Below, one piece after another: positions 52,104 through 64,000 of a stretch of 64,000 nt of DNA. A program made the position numbers and the translations under genes. Location: contig OZ025687.1 in assembly GCA_964019335.1 (NCBI GenBank), positions 124,001 to 188,000 of the forward strand, in the 5' to 3' direction. Source of the stretch: Diplonema japonicum. Lineage: Eukaryota; Protista; Euglenozoa: Diplonemea. The notes under the pieces were generated by a model. It saw only the letters and a list, made by a program, of their open reading frames with translations, made no database searches and was not told where the DNA came from. The stretch's first letter is position 1, and each line of letters begins with the position of its first letter.

Positions 52104-53237
52104 CTACGGGAATCTGTGCAGGGAAATCTGACAGGTGTCGATAAGCGACTGCAGCGCAGCCTCCCCATGAATAGGCGGCGAGGACGACCGGGTACCTATG
52201 CATAGAATAGAAGCGGGCTGAGAGGAAGGTTGCGGCTCGGGCGTCAAAAAAACAGAAAACCGCGACAGCGAAGGGTAGATGTGCCCCAACGCCATACAAC
52301 ACAACGGGTCGTAAGGCACAGTAAGGTAGGGAAACTCTTCCAGAATACGGGTCTCGAGCACGGGAGTGGACGGGTCCCCCCTTAGAAGATTCTTCCGGTC
52401 CACCTTGTAAGCGTTGCGCAAGGTTTGCGTGGCCATGTCCGATTCCTCCCTCACAAACTCAACCAACGTTGTCAAAACAAGCTGCCTCAACGACCATGGG
52501 CTCAACGCCTCACTAGATTTATCAATCTCTGTGATGTGCTGAAGACCCAACGGGGCCTGGTACGCCGCATGCTTCCCCAGTAACACCATAGGGATCGATC
52601 GCTTCACGCATTTGTTGAAAACAATACCAGCTGCAATTATATCGCACCGTAGGTTGTAAGAAGCAGGATCCGGCTCCGCACCGATATTCTGCCCTTGTAT
52701 CAAAACAGCCTTTATCCTGTGCGTGCGGGAAATAGCAGCATCATCGAAGAATATTGCCAGGTCTGTTAGGGGGCCCAGGCATATAATGGTTGGATTCCGG
52801 CAGGTTGCCATCATCTCAGAGAATGTTGTGATGTTAGATCTTTCTTCGACATGTTTATCGGCGTCTGTCTCGGGAATCTTGTGCGTCATGGCGTTGTGGT
52901 TCGGGAAGGTGTCACCATTGAGTTTTGTTGGGAAGCCTTCCACAACCGGTACTTCGTTGCCTGGTAACAGCCGGTCGAGCAGATATCGTGCAACGGCAGC
53001 TCGTTTTGATGTATTTCCACCCGTGCACACGACACCTTTGATGACAAGCTCCTTCGTCCTTACCAGACCGCACAGGAATATCAGTGACACTGTGTCATCG
53101 ATGTCCTTTGCCACGTCCGTGATGACCACCACTTCCGGTACCTCCCGGACTTTTTTTTTCCGTTCTATCAACATTCTGCAACATTCAACCCCAACCAACC
53201 CAAGTATTCCCCCTCCTACACCTATCTTCCAATCCAT
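52104..53237 (-). CDS. Inosine/uridine-preferring nucleoside hydrolase family protein
   Basis: VVITDVAKDIDD, CLGPLTDLA, YNLRCDIIAA and YDPL motifs. Start MDWKIG with a hydrophobic N-terminus. Confidence 0.85.
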   Translation of the reverse strand: MDWKIGVGGGILGLVGVECCRMLIERKKKVREVPEVVVITDVAKDIDDTVSLIFLCGLVRTKELVIKGVVCTGGNTSKRAAVARYLLDRLLPGNEVPVVEGFPTKLNGDTFPNHNAMTHKIPETDADKHVEERSNITTFSEMMATCRNPTIICLGPLTDLAIFFDDAAISRTHRIKAVLIQGQNIGAEPDPASYNLRCDIIAAGIVFNKCVKRSIPMVLLGKHAAYQAPLGLQHITEIDKSSEALSPWSLRQLVLTTLVEFVREESDMATQTLRNAYKVDRKNLLRGDPSTPVLETRILEEFPYLTVPYDPLCCMALGHIYPSLSRFSVFLTPEPQPSSQPASILCIGTRSSSPPIHGEAALQSLIDTCQISLHRFP

Positions 53238-53635
53238 CGCACCCTCGCCCGCTTTCCCCACCTTTTTTTCTTTTTTTTTATAAAAGTTTTTTTTTTTTTG
53301 TATTGTGTAAACAGAGTATAGAGATATAAGATAGAAAAATGTGTAGGGGGGTAACATTCTTTTTAGCAACTTGAGACTTGTGATCTAAAAGGATGGTGAG
53401 CGTATGCAGATAGGGGGGGTTTTTTTTTTCTTTCATAAAAGAATCTTTGTTCTTTTTCTTTTGTATTTTTCTTTTTTTTTTTTTGGTACTGACAACGATC
53501 TAACAGGGAGGAGGGGAAGAAAAAAAAACATCACAATTTGTTGAACATCTAATAAAATAGGTATTAAAAAAAAAAGGGAAGGGGGGGGGTCAAAAAAAAT
53601 CTAAAGCTGAGTACATAAAAAAAAGAGGATCATTT

Positions 53636-56600
53636 TCAACGTCTCGGGGAAATAGTGTGGTCCTCAGGTGCCACGACACGGGCCTTTTTAGGCGTGGTCT
53701 TAGGGAGAGAACGAGGGGTGCGGGGGTCAAGCCCGTCATCTGAACCGTAGCAAGAGGCAAGGTCGCAGTCGGAGGTTCTGCTGGGGACCGGGGAGACTAG
53801 AGCGATACGTGGATCGGGTGACACAGGACAGTAGGCGCTTTGCTTCTTGATTGCGGAGTTAAGAGGTTGGCTGGAGGCATGGGGTCTTGCCTCTGGTGTA
53901 GCTGGCATATCAGACAAGGGTAGAGTTGTCCTCCTCAAGTGCTTGATGGTGCCGCTGATGTCCTCATCGTGTAGAATGCCAGCGCGGGTTCGTTCTTCAC
54001 TGCTTAGGCAGTTTGACACCAACCAGACTACCTGGCTCCTCATGCCTCCCAACGAAGCGCACACCCTCCCACAAGACTCTCTGCTCCCCTTGTTCTCACT
54101 CCCACTCCTTAGCAGCTCTTCCATCAGCCGCGAGGCTTCTTGGAAGGTCTCGAACACTGCCTTCTTGCATGCCCCTAGTTCCCTTATCAGAGGTTCCCTT
54201 GTCGCACAGATGAAGTCGAACCCTGCGTGCAGCGATCGGGCTCCGTCATCTAGCTGGTACAACCGTGTCATGTGCTCGCATGCCTTTGTCAACATGGTGC
54301 TCAGCAACGGGTCTGCTTCCATGTTCAGCCGCCATGTTAGACGCCCGATACCTTCCGTTGGCCTGTCGCTGTTAATTGCTTCTGGCAGCGCCATCAGCAT
54401 GTTGCACCTCAAGGTCATCTTCTGGTGTGTCTCCTGCAGGGCTGCAAGGTCCTCCTTTAGCACATCGCAGCGCTTCCTTTCTTCTGTGATGCTGTACTGT
54501 GATACATTCTCGAAGTTCTTCATTTCCGCAGTGAATCTCTCCTTCGTGCTGTGCATCTCCCGCTTGCATACTTCAAGCTCTTCCCTTAGCGACTGCACGA
54601 CGCCCCTCTCGGAATCCAACGTACTGTTGGTGTGCGACCACTCCATCTGCACACGTCGGAGCTCGTTCTTCAATGACTCGATTTCCTGAATGTTATGGGT
54701 GTTCGTGGCTTCCAGGTTTCCACTAGTCTTCATCAGCTCCTTCTTGAGGCCATCGATCTCTTGCATGCTGTGGTTGTTTGTCGCGTCCAAGTCGCCGAGC
54801 AGTTCCCTCTCACGCAGCTCGAACTTCTGCACTGTAAGATTCAGCTCCGAAGCCATTTCTTGTGCAGTCGTGTTAGAGGTGTGCAGCTCTTCTTTCAGTA
54901 CCTGACATTCTGTTACCTTGTCCTCGTACTTCTTCACTAATTGGTCTACCTCACCTTGGTCTGCCTGCAAGAGCCTCACCTGCTGCGCAAACACCTCATT
55001 AGAGTGCTTCGTCTGCCTGGCCTCCTGTTTCGTCTCCTCCAGCTGGTTGTATATCAGACTGAGCTCTTCATTCTTCTGAAGGATCTCAGCGGCGCGCATT
55101 TCCAGCGCATGCTTTAAGTCCCTTTCGTTGCCGGTTGCAATTCTTAAGTGATGCGCAAGGGCGCCATCGGAAGTAAGTCTCTCGAATGCTAGCAAGATGT
55201 CCATCCTGTTGAGCTCCTCCTTCGTGCTGTACAGATGCCTGAACGTCGCCTCCTCGTTGATGAAGTACTTGTGGAGATCTGCGTTGAGCAACCCCGAAGC
55301 GTCAAGCAGACGGTCTTTTTCGTGCATGGCTTCTTCCAGCTCTTGCTTGTACTTCTTCAGACGCTGTTGGTTGTGCTCCTCGGAAACTTCTCTCTCCTTG
55401 TCAGCTTCCTCAGACGACAGTGTCGCATCCCTGCGAGCCTGCCTGTATTGTTTTCTTGCGTTCGCCAACTGCTCCTCGAGCTCTGCCCGTGCCTGTCTCT
55501 CGCTGAGAATGTCTTCTTGCAATGCGTTCTCTTTAGACTCATGCAGCCTGTGTGCGTCTTGCAGACGTCGGGTTGCCGTCTCTTCCCTGACAGTGAGGGA
55601 CTCCAGTTCTGCGTTGCTCCTGTCAATCTCAACACGCAGCTTGTGCACAACCTCGTTGAGGGATGCCGTCACGCCATCGTTGTCTTTTGTCATCTGCTGG
55701 TGCAGCATGAGATCGTGATTCAGTTTCTGTGAAGTGTTGTTTATGTCAGGGGACATACTGTTTCCAGGGAACTGTAGGCCATCTCGTTCCTGTCGAGCTT
55801 ATCCTGCATCCCTCTCAGCTCCTTGCGCAATGCCTGTGTTGCTTAAAGATGCCGTAAGCAGGTACATACCGTTTCTTGCGCCAACGCTTCAGTTAAGCGC
55901 TCATTTGCCTCTTCCAGCTCCAGTCTGGCCCTCTCTTCGAGCTGGCGCAGTCTGCCTGCTTCGTTTCTGTCGCTGTTCCTGCTGTACTTGGCATCGTCCA
56001 CATCAAGGCTGGCTTGCATCAAGTTTTGCTTCAGAGAGTCCACGTCGTTCGTCAGTCGCTGCTCAAGGTTTACTTTATTGTCAACAACATACCTGCACTT
56101 CACTCGCCAGGGTGTGGTTGCTTTGCTTCGCTTCGTCGGCTTCTGATTTGATCGAGAGGTACTTCACCGATAGTCCCTCCAGCTCACCCGACCTAACCTC
56201 CAAGTCGTATGTTACTGTCTGTACCTCACGCTTTTTCTCTTCGTACTTCTCAACAGCATGTACAAGCTCTTTCTGAAGGTCGGACGCCATGTTCTCCGAC
56301 GCCACCAGGCGCTCCGTGACTTCCTCCTTGTTCTTCATTACGCCCTGAGTGATGTGAGTCGAATGTGAAGTAAGTCATACCTCAAGCTGCTGGCACACTG
56401 AACCCAGCTTGTCCTCTAGTTCCCTGATGACCTGACCCGCTTCCTGTACAGGTTACTTTCTAAAACGCAGGATACCTTGTTTTCAGCATTAGCCGCCTGG
56501 AGCATGCTTCGCAGCTGCTTGGCTTCCACGCTGGCTTCTTCGTAGCACTTGTGCACCTCGGTCAGTGCCTCCGCCTGCCCGCGCTCAGCAAGTGTCTGTG

Positions 56601-59600
56601 CATCGGACTCAGCACGCTGTTTGTCATATAACGGGTCGCACGACGCATACCAGCTTCAGCATCTCTTGGTCCATAACGGATAGCTCCATCCTGACGCGCT
56701 CCTCCTCCCTCTCGAGCTGTGCCCTCAAGGTCATGCACTCATTCTCTTTCGACTGTGTCAGTGGTTTCATTGGCATTGTGTGCATACCGTTGCATGGTCC
56801 TGGATCTTAGCTAGCGCCAGCTGTGTTGCAACGAGTTCGTCAGCGACGTTGTTTTGCTCGGTAGTCAAACAAGACACCTTGTCCTTCAGCTGCTTGATCT
56901 CGTCGGTGCTCTCGCGCAGGTTTTGAAAAGCTTCCTCGAGCTGTTGCTCCAGCGTGGCCTGAACCTCGTTTCTATCCTCGACGGCCTTGTCAAGCATATC
57001 CTTCAGGTCGTTGAGCTCCTGTACCACAGAGTTGTAGCGGTTCTTCTCCTCTTGCATGGCAGCGCTGTGACGGTTATTCGCTTCCTGTACGGCTGCGCTG
57101 TGGCGGTTCTGCACCTCTTGCAGTTCGGCCTTGTGGGCCTGAAGTTTGCGGTCGAGGTCCTTCGCGTGCTGTTCCTCCATCTTGCGTTGCTGCTGGCTGT
57201 GCTGGTCTTCCAACTGCCTCTTCTGACCCTGCAGCCTCTGCTCCGCCAATTGGCTTTCCGTCTTGAGCACTTCTTGCATGGCATCGAGCTGTCGTGACAG
57301 GTCACCGGCTTGCCTCTGGAACTCTTCCATCCTTTGCGTGGCAGCATTGCATCTTTCTTCCTCGACCTGCAGCCTCCTCTCCAGCTCTGCCCTCTCTTCA
57401 TCGGCAGCAGCCATTGCCTCGTTCCATGACCGTTCTGCAAGTTCACTTTCGTGTTGGAACCTTTGAGTCTCTTGCTGCAGCTTCTCGCGTGCCTCGTCAG
57501 CAATCTTCCTGGCCTCGTTCAGCATCCTCCCAGAAGCATCTGCTTCGGCAAGCGCTTCCTGCGCTGTTGTGCGCGCCCTTGTCAGCTGTATTATGGTTGC
57601 CTCTAGCTCGGTTTTCAGGTCCTCATTCTGCCTCTTTGTTGCGACCGATTTTGCTTCGCAAGTCTCGAGTTCTTGCTGCGCGAGCTCGGTCTGTCTCTTC
57701 GACTTAGCAAGCTGCTTGTGGAGAGAGTCCATCTCCGAGAGGGCATCGTCGCGAGCACGAAGAGCCCTTCTTAGCTCAGATCCGATCCTCATGATCTCCT
57801 CCTCGCCGCTGATCATCATGGTGTGCATCTGTGGCTGACTCTGCGCTGGAGGCACAATTACCCGCTGCGACGTGATGTGTGCGGGCGATGTGGGGGCAGC
57901 TGCCTGTGGCTGGCCAGGTATGTTTGCCGCGCTACGCAGCTGCTGTTGCAGCCTCTCAAGGTCACCCTTCAAAATATCGGCTTCGTGCTTGTACTTGCTT
58001 GCATCTGCTTTGGCGTTGACGTTCTCGAGTCGCATGTCTTCCGCTTCGCCTCTCGCCTGCTTGAAGTCATTGCGCACCCTCTCCAGCTCATTTCTGCAGT
58101 TCTCGATCTCGAGCTTCAGCCTGTCGTTTTCAGACCTCAGCTTCTCGCACTCGCTCTTGATATTCACATTGTCGCTCTTTACACCGACATTCTCCAGTCT
58201 CAGAGCCTCTGCTTCGCTTCTTACCTTGACAAGGTCACTGCGCAGCCTCTCCAGCTCGTTCTTGCCGCTCTCCGCCTCCAACCTCAGCCTATCACTTTCA
58301 GACCTCAGCTTTTCACTGTCTGCCTTTGCCCTGTCAATGTAGCTACGCATCTTCTGCACCTCGTCGAGCAACTCCTTATTTTCGTCCCTCAGCTTCTCCG
58401 CGTTGCTGTGCAGCCTGTTGTTGTCGCTCTTCATGCGGTCTGCCTCTAACTTCGCTGCATCGTTCTCCGCCTTCAGCTTTGCGGCCTCGGCCCTGAGCTT
58501 CTCGACCTCTGCCTTCCAGTTTGCTCCCTGTTCACGTTCCCGCTGGCATTCATACTTCGACGTCTCCAGCTGGTCGTAGAGGGACCTGTTCGTCTTCTCC
58601 AACTCGTGCACCTTCCCCATGGCATCGTCGTACAAGGCCTCCATTTCTTTCAGTCTGTCGAACGTGCGTTTCATCTTCGAGGCAGAACCTTCTAACTCTT
58701 CAAGCTTCTGCAGCGCCTGCTTCTTCTCCTCCTCAGTTTCAAGCCTTCTGCTTTCCGACCTTGCCAAGTCTCCACGCAGTCTTCGTAGCTCTTCCTCAGC
58801 ACCCCTTCTTTTCTCTTCCTCACCTTCTAGTCTTCTGTTTTCTTGCCGCTGACCCTCTGCCTTGAGCCTTCTTAGTTCTTCTTCCAGCAGCCTCGTGCGC
58901 TCTTCTGCCAGCTGATCTGCTTTGCGCGTTGCATTGATAAGGTCGTTCTTCATTTTCTCCTTCATGAGATCTATCTCGTTAGCGGCGTCCCCTTCAGCGC
59001 GGATGGCATTCTGAAGCTCGGAACGCAGCTTCCGGATCTCATCGTCCTTTGCAGTTGCGTCTTGCTTCACGCGTGCCAGCTCCACTTCCAGCCGCTCTGC
59101 AGTTTCGAGGTACATCTCGCTGCGCTTGCGTCCACGGCCCATGTCAGAAAGAGCGTGCTCTGCCTTGTCGAGGGCGTCCTCTAGCTCGAAGATCCGCTTT
59201 TTTGCTTTTCTGAGATCATCATTGGCCTTGCTCAGCTCACCAGCAAGCGAGCCCTCGTGGCCCGCACGTGCCCTGAGTGCGTCCATCTCCCTCTCAAGAA
59301 GGTCGGCTCTTTGCTGCTCAGCAGCGAGCTGTGTCTTGTAGCCATCGATCTTGTCCTCCTGATCTGCTAGCTTCGAGTTAGCAGAGTTGATATCATCCAA
59401 TGCGCTTGACAGCATTTCCTTGTGACGGCCGCGCAGGTCGTTCAGGTTTTTTCTCTCCTCAGCAAGCTTTGCTTTGAGGTCAGCGAGGAGGTCGTCGTTC
59501 ACAGAAGCACCGCTCAGCCTCCCTTTCGCTTCTTCGAGTAGTTTCTCGAGTTCATCGATCTTGCGTTGCTTGGCTTCCAGTTGCTTGCGAAGCGCGTCTA

Positions 59601-60015
59601 GTTCCTGGCTGTTGCCTGCGGGCTCAGGGTCGACGTAGCGACCTTTGTATGAGACGAAGCTCTCCTCTTGGGTGGTGTTGCGAAGCATGTCCATCTGTGC
59701 CTCGATAAACTCCAGCCTGTCTTTGATGTGGTCGTTCGTTGCTTCCTGCACTGGGGTCGTGGGGTGCATCAAGGAGATAGGCACCACTGCCTTCTCTACA
59801 ACCGTCTCGGTTGGTGGGTACACAACTGTGCCATGCGTCGCGCCATGCCACGCCCTCTGCCTGGGGGGGCTTATGTCTCGATCGAGAGGGGACCCCCTCG
59901 GCAGTGCAGGGAACAACCCAGACTGATGGGTCACAGGCGGTGGGAAGTCTAGCTGTCGGTCACCTGCCTTCGAGAGCAGGTGTCCCTGGTAGCTCGTCCG
60001 CGCTCTCGTGGGCAT
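53636..60015 (-). CDS. Very long coiled-coil protein (~2040 aa, 7 introns)
   Basis: Introns 56753-56787, 56617-56650, 56444-56475, 56345-56380, 56059-56092, 55834-55869 and 55727-55758 join the 1082-aa and 706-aa ORFs in one frame. Confidence 0.8.
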
Positions 60016-60234
60016 CTCGATCCTGGGATGTTTCTCAGTAGAAAAAAGGGAAAACCTTATAAAAAAATGGACTGGGGGGAAGGGAGGGCGTGGATCTTGT
60101 GGAGAAAGTTGTTAAATCGGTTAAAAAGAAAAGAAGAAGAATATACCAACCATCACCACACCATCCCCCCCAATTCTAATAACGAGGGGGGGGGGGGGAG
60201 TATTAAAAAAAACCGTATCATAACTGTATTTTCT

Positions 60235-63200
60235 TTAGTCTTCGACTTCTATGTCTTCGTCTATTTCATCGGGGTAGTCCTCAGGGGCGGCGGCGGGGTG
60301 GTGGGACTGGTTGGCGGCTTCCTGTTCCTTGTACTCGATGCCCATTGCGTTGTAAACAGCAAGGACAAGCTGAGACTCGAGATAGTAGGTGAGGATGATA
60401 TTTCTGTCTCTCATTCTTTCGATGAGCTGGTAGGCCTGTTCGTACTCCTGCCTTCCCGTGTAGAACTCGACGAGTAGGGCGTAGACGTCCCCTACTCTGA
60501 CGGCCCCTTCGATGTCCTCCACTTCAAGCAGCACTCTGCACACCTCCACCATCCTGCCGGGATCAGTTTTCACGATGTTCCTTGCTTCCACAAACTGATC
60601 CACGTAATTCATCTTCGTCTCGAGCTGACCCCTCTTCAGCTCTCTATTTTGAGCTTTACTCTTGTCCATAAACTTCAGCGAGTCCTGCAGGGCCCCGAGT
60701 GCCTTGTCGTAGTCTCTGAACTCATCAATGTAGACCTTAATGGTGTTAACAAAAAAAAAAAAAAAAAAAAAGCACACCTGTGCAATGGCATCGTAGAACC
60801 CTGACAGCGACTCATAAGCCCTCGCCTTGGTGTAGAATGTGATGATGTGCTTCGTGATCGTTGGGTCATTGTGCCAGTCACATGTTTGCAGGTAATGCGC
60901 AGCTAGGATGTAGATGTCCTTCTGCCGCGAGTGGTTCGTGAAGAAGATTATCTTATCGGTGTCGCCTGACTTCAGCAGGACTTTCATTCCCTTCACGCGG
61001 TCGCCGGCCTTGTGTTGCGAATGTTTGTTTCCTTTTCATTCCCCGCATACCTGTGTATATTTCTTGCAAGCAAGATGCCACGACTCTTGCAGCTTCGCTA
61101 CCTTTGCGATCTTCCTCAGCAACGACAGCCTCAAAGCCTCGTCGTCCTCATTCTCCGTCTTCGGGAGGGTCATTTCCTCGGCCATATCCTCCGTAAGTTG
61201 GACATTCCGGTCAAGGCACACCTGTAAGTTGTTTCAAAAGAACGTTTAATGTATACCTGCAGAGCTTCGGAGTAGCTTCTTGCTTGGATATACATGTGGA
61301 CAGCCTTCTCATGCTGCTCCTTATTCAGGAAGAACTCAGCGCACTGTATGAACACTTCGGGGTCGGCTTCTTTGTCAAGATCGTCGGCCAGCTTCTGCAA
61401 TGTGTCGAACAGCTCGCCACGGACGCAGAGGTTGATCGCCTTTGCCAACTCGCCGCCTTTTTTATACAGAATGACCGCCTTGTCCAGCATGCTCTGCTCC
61501 TCAAACCACTGTGCAGACTCGATGATGGTCGCCTGGTCGGCTTGAAGTGAGAGCTGCATGACCTCGCCCTCCATTTCGTTCCCACGTGCAATGCGGATAG
61601 CATTTTTGTACGCCTTTGCGAGACGGAAAAACTGCAACGCCTCCCTCATCTTACTCTGCTCCTCGTACTGCCTTGCGAGATGATACGCAGCAGCCTAGTT
61701 CATTATGTGTCATGCTGTGAAACATACCGAAGTGTCTTCTTTAGGGTTATCAGGGTTTGTGACAAGCTGCGTTGCAGAATCAAGTTCGCGAAGGTAGCAG
61801 TAAAGCCTGACTCGTGACAAGGTGTCATTCGCTTCTTTGTAGAAGTGCAGTGCTTGCTCGTATTGTCCATTTGCCTCGCAGTACTGCGCCCACCATAAGT
61901 ACACCTCCTTGTCGTTGCTGGCGCTGGTGTACTTCCCCAGTTCTTCCAGCATCCCTGCGCCGTATAGCATGCGTGGCACCTCGTACCCGTGACACCGTGC
62001 TGATTCGTACGACTTAATGGCGCTCTGGACATCGCCGAGCGACTCCAGATGTCGGGCGTGTGAGTAGTAGATAGTCCGTAGGTGGATCCTGTCCTTGTCC
62101 TCTGCTGTTTTGATGGCTTCGTCCCACCTCCCGCATGCCTGTGAGGTTTGATGGTATTGCGTGTTGTCGATGTATACCTGATGCATGATGTTCAGCAGGT
62201 CGTACCTCCCACACTTGATGTACAGCCTTTCTGCATCTTCGATGAGGCCGAGCTGCAGCGCCAACATTGCAATGTGTGCTTCCACCTCGGGCTCCTTCTT
62301 GGCTTCCCTTAAGGCACGTGCACCTTTCGCATCCTGCATGTTGCCAAGACAAACCTGTATGATGTGGGTGCGCTGTTTTTCTCACATACCTCAGCAACAT
62401 CAAGCCTGCCTGTCTTGACGCACATCTGCGCCATGTTCATCCACACATTCTCGTCTTTGATGAGCTTCACCGATCTATACGCCGCGTCCATGTCCCCGCA
62501 GGCGAGGTTGTACGAAAAGTCAAGCAGTGCTTCGCGCACCCTCGGGTCTGTGCAGTCAATGCCCTCGAAGTCACGCATCACCTTCGATATGATGTTGGAC
62601 GACAACTCGATGGAAGCCGAGCGTGACTTGCTGTAGAAGTAAAAGTTCGGTACAGAAAGCCCGATAAGCGCTGTCATGGTTTTGTCCAATGGGAACCTCT
62701 CTTGTAGTTTTACGCCCTTCGCAGAGGCGAACAGCGTCACCACTTCAATCTTGGACACCTCGGCATTCTCTTCCTCCTTCTCTGCCGCCTCACCGGTGTC
62801 CTGCTTCTTGTGCTTACCAGTCTCGCAGGCAAGGATCCGCGGTTCCGTCTCGTCCCAGCAGATGGTGTTCGGTGACCTGTTGAGTGTCGCGAAGTCGAAC
62901 GTCATAACCTTGTCGCGCTCCAGGTCGCAGATGAAGACCTTCGTAGCCATCATCTGTTAGGTATTTCATTAATTAATCACAGCATACCGATTGGCCGTGG
63001 GCGTCCGTTTGCTTCGCGAGCACAGCTACCTGACTACCGTTGCAGTTCACAGCAATGCTGTCTATGCTAAGGCTGCCAGGTTCCCAAAGTTGCTTTGGGT
63101 ATCCGTGTGCCTTGTCTTCGCCAGCCCTGCCTCCGATCCACCAGCAGCTTACATAACTCTTGCTAGTTGCGACCACAAGGAAGTCCCCGTTGACGTGTGT

Positions 63201-64000
63201 GTGTGTCGCGTCACCCTCGTGAGCCTTTATGGATAGGTGAGAGAGCTTCTGCAGCTGGTGGTTGTACAGCTCGATGCTGCTGATACCCCGCTCAGTGCGC
63301 GTGACAAGGATTTTGTCGGAGTGCAGGGCAACACCCGTGTTCTCGGTTTCGATGACACCCTGTGTGGTTAAATAAAGGAACGGCAACATACCACAGACAC
63401 CGCCTTGTTCATGTGCACGTGGAACACTTCTACCTCTTTGTTGTTCCACGCAGCGAAGTAGGAGCCTGCCAAGTCCACGCCCTTGACGCGGATCTGCGCT
63501 GTGGTAGTGAACACCTGGCGCTGGAGGATGTCCTCGTAGAGCACAAGGTTGGGGGTGAGCTGGATGACGGCTGCGCTGCGCCACAAACGGCGCTTGAGGG
63601 CGGTGCCGTGCAGGATGGAGATGGAGTCCGGAGCTGCGGCTGCTAAGAGGGACTCGCCAGGCCCCCATGTGATGTCGGGGACAGGATCGTCGAGGCGCAC
63701 TTCAGACAGTGAAACCCAGTCCTCCTCTGAGGTGGAAATCTGCCCGCCCGTGTACTGCCAAAACAGCACCTTCCCCCCTTTGGTCCCCCCCACGATGGTC
63801 CGCTTTGCGCTGTTGTACGATATCGAAAGGATCTTTTCTGCTCGCAGCTCTTGCTCGCCTTGCAGGATGTAGTTCTCGTTCGCATCGATGTTCCACACAC
63901 GAACCATGCTCTCGTGCGCGCACGTTGCCAGCAGGCCCTGCCCGATCCAGATCATCTGCGCGGAGGCGGTGTTCGCACCTTTGCCGAAGGATATTCTGAA
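60235..64000 (-). CDS. IFT140: Intraflagellar transport protein 140 (5'-partial, 8 introns in window)
   Basis: WD40 then TPR region: GDMDAAYRSVKLIK..VW.NMAQMCVKT.RLDVAEVCLGNM, HLACKKYTQAG, LLKSGDTDKIIFF, IDEFRDYDKALGAL. Introns 63360-63391, 62954-62987, 62355-62389, 62139-62177, 61695-61727, 61222-61256, 61009-61050, 60736-60777. Confidence 0.95.

Noticed and set aside
5400-64000. Plus-strand ORFs (e.g. 11821-12612, 53847-54689, 10038-10718)
   Set aside because: Antisense shadows of minus-strand coding sequence, with no recognisable motifs.
53636-64000. Fragmented ORFs read as pseudogenes, frameshifts or stop-codon reassignment
   Set aside because: Every break is resolved by a short GT-AG intron that restores the frame and, in IFT140, the conserved protein sequence.
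1-64000. CRISPR arrays, tRNA, rRNA or prokaryotic operons
   Set aside because: No regularly spaced repeats, cloverleafs or rRNA motifs seen. The single-strand layout comes with spliceosomal introns and eukaryote-specific genes.

Overview
Eukaryotic nuclear DNA, most likely from a euglenozoan and probably a diplonemid (inference from gene organisation, not a database result). About 26 protein genes from 5.2 kb to the window end all lie on the minus strand, head to tail, often with spacers under 100 nt, as in a polycistronic trans-spliced gene cluster. Many are split by tiny GT-AG introns (48 placed by hand, 31-52 nt plus one of 83 nt, donor mostly GTATG), so the six-frame ORF track both fragments and fuses real genes. 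Recognisable products include IFT140, a formin, DUS1, COP9 subunit 8, an RlmI-like methyltransferase, a GH55 beta-1,3-glucanase, LicD, NFKBIL1-like, TBC, RCC1, SET and LVIVD proteins, a nucleoside hydrolase, a degenerate kinesin and a 2.3 kaa surface protein with bacterial-type cadherin-like repeats. The first 5 kb holds transposon debris: a deleted piggyBac, a 712-bp TTAA-flanked piggyBac-type MITE and palindromic elements. The best finding is a complete HDV-like self-cleaving ribozyme fold at 41137-41248 (-). It resembles the trypanosomatid ingi/L1Tc 5' signature, lies in the sense direction of the cluster, and its predicted cleavage site overlaps a splice-acceptor-like T7CAG.
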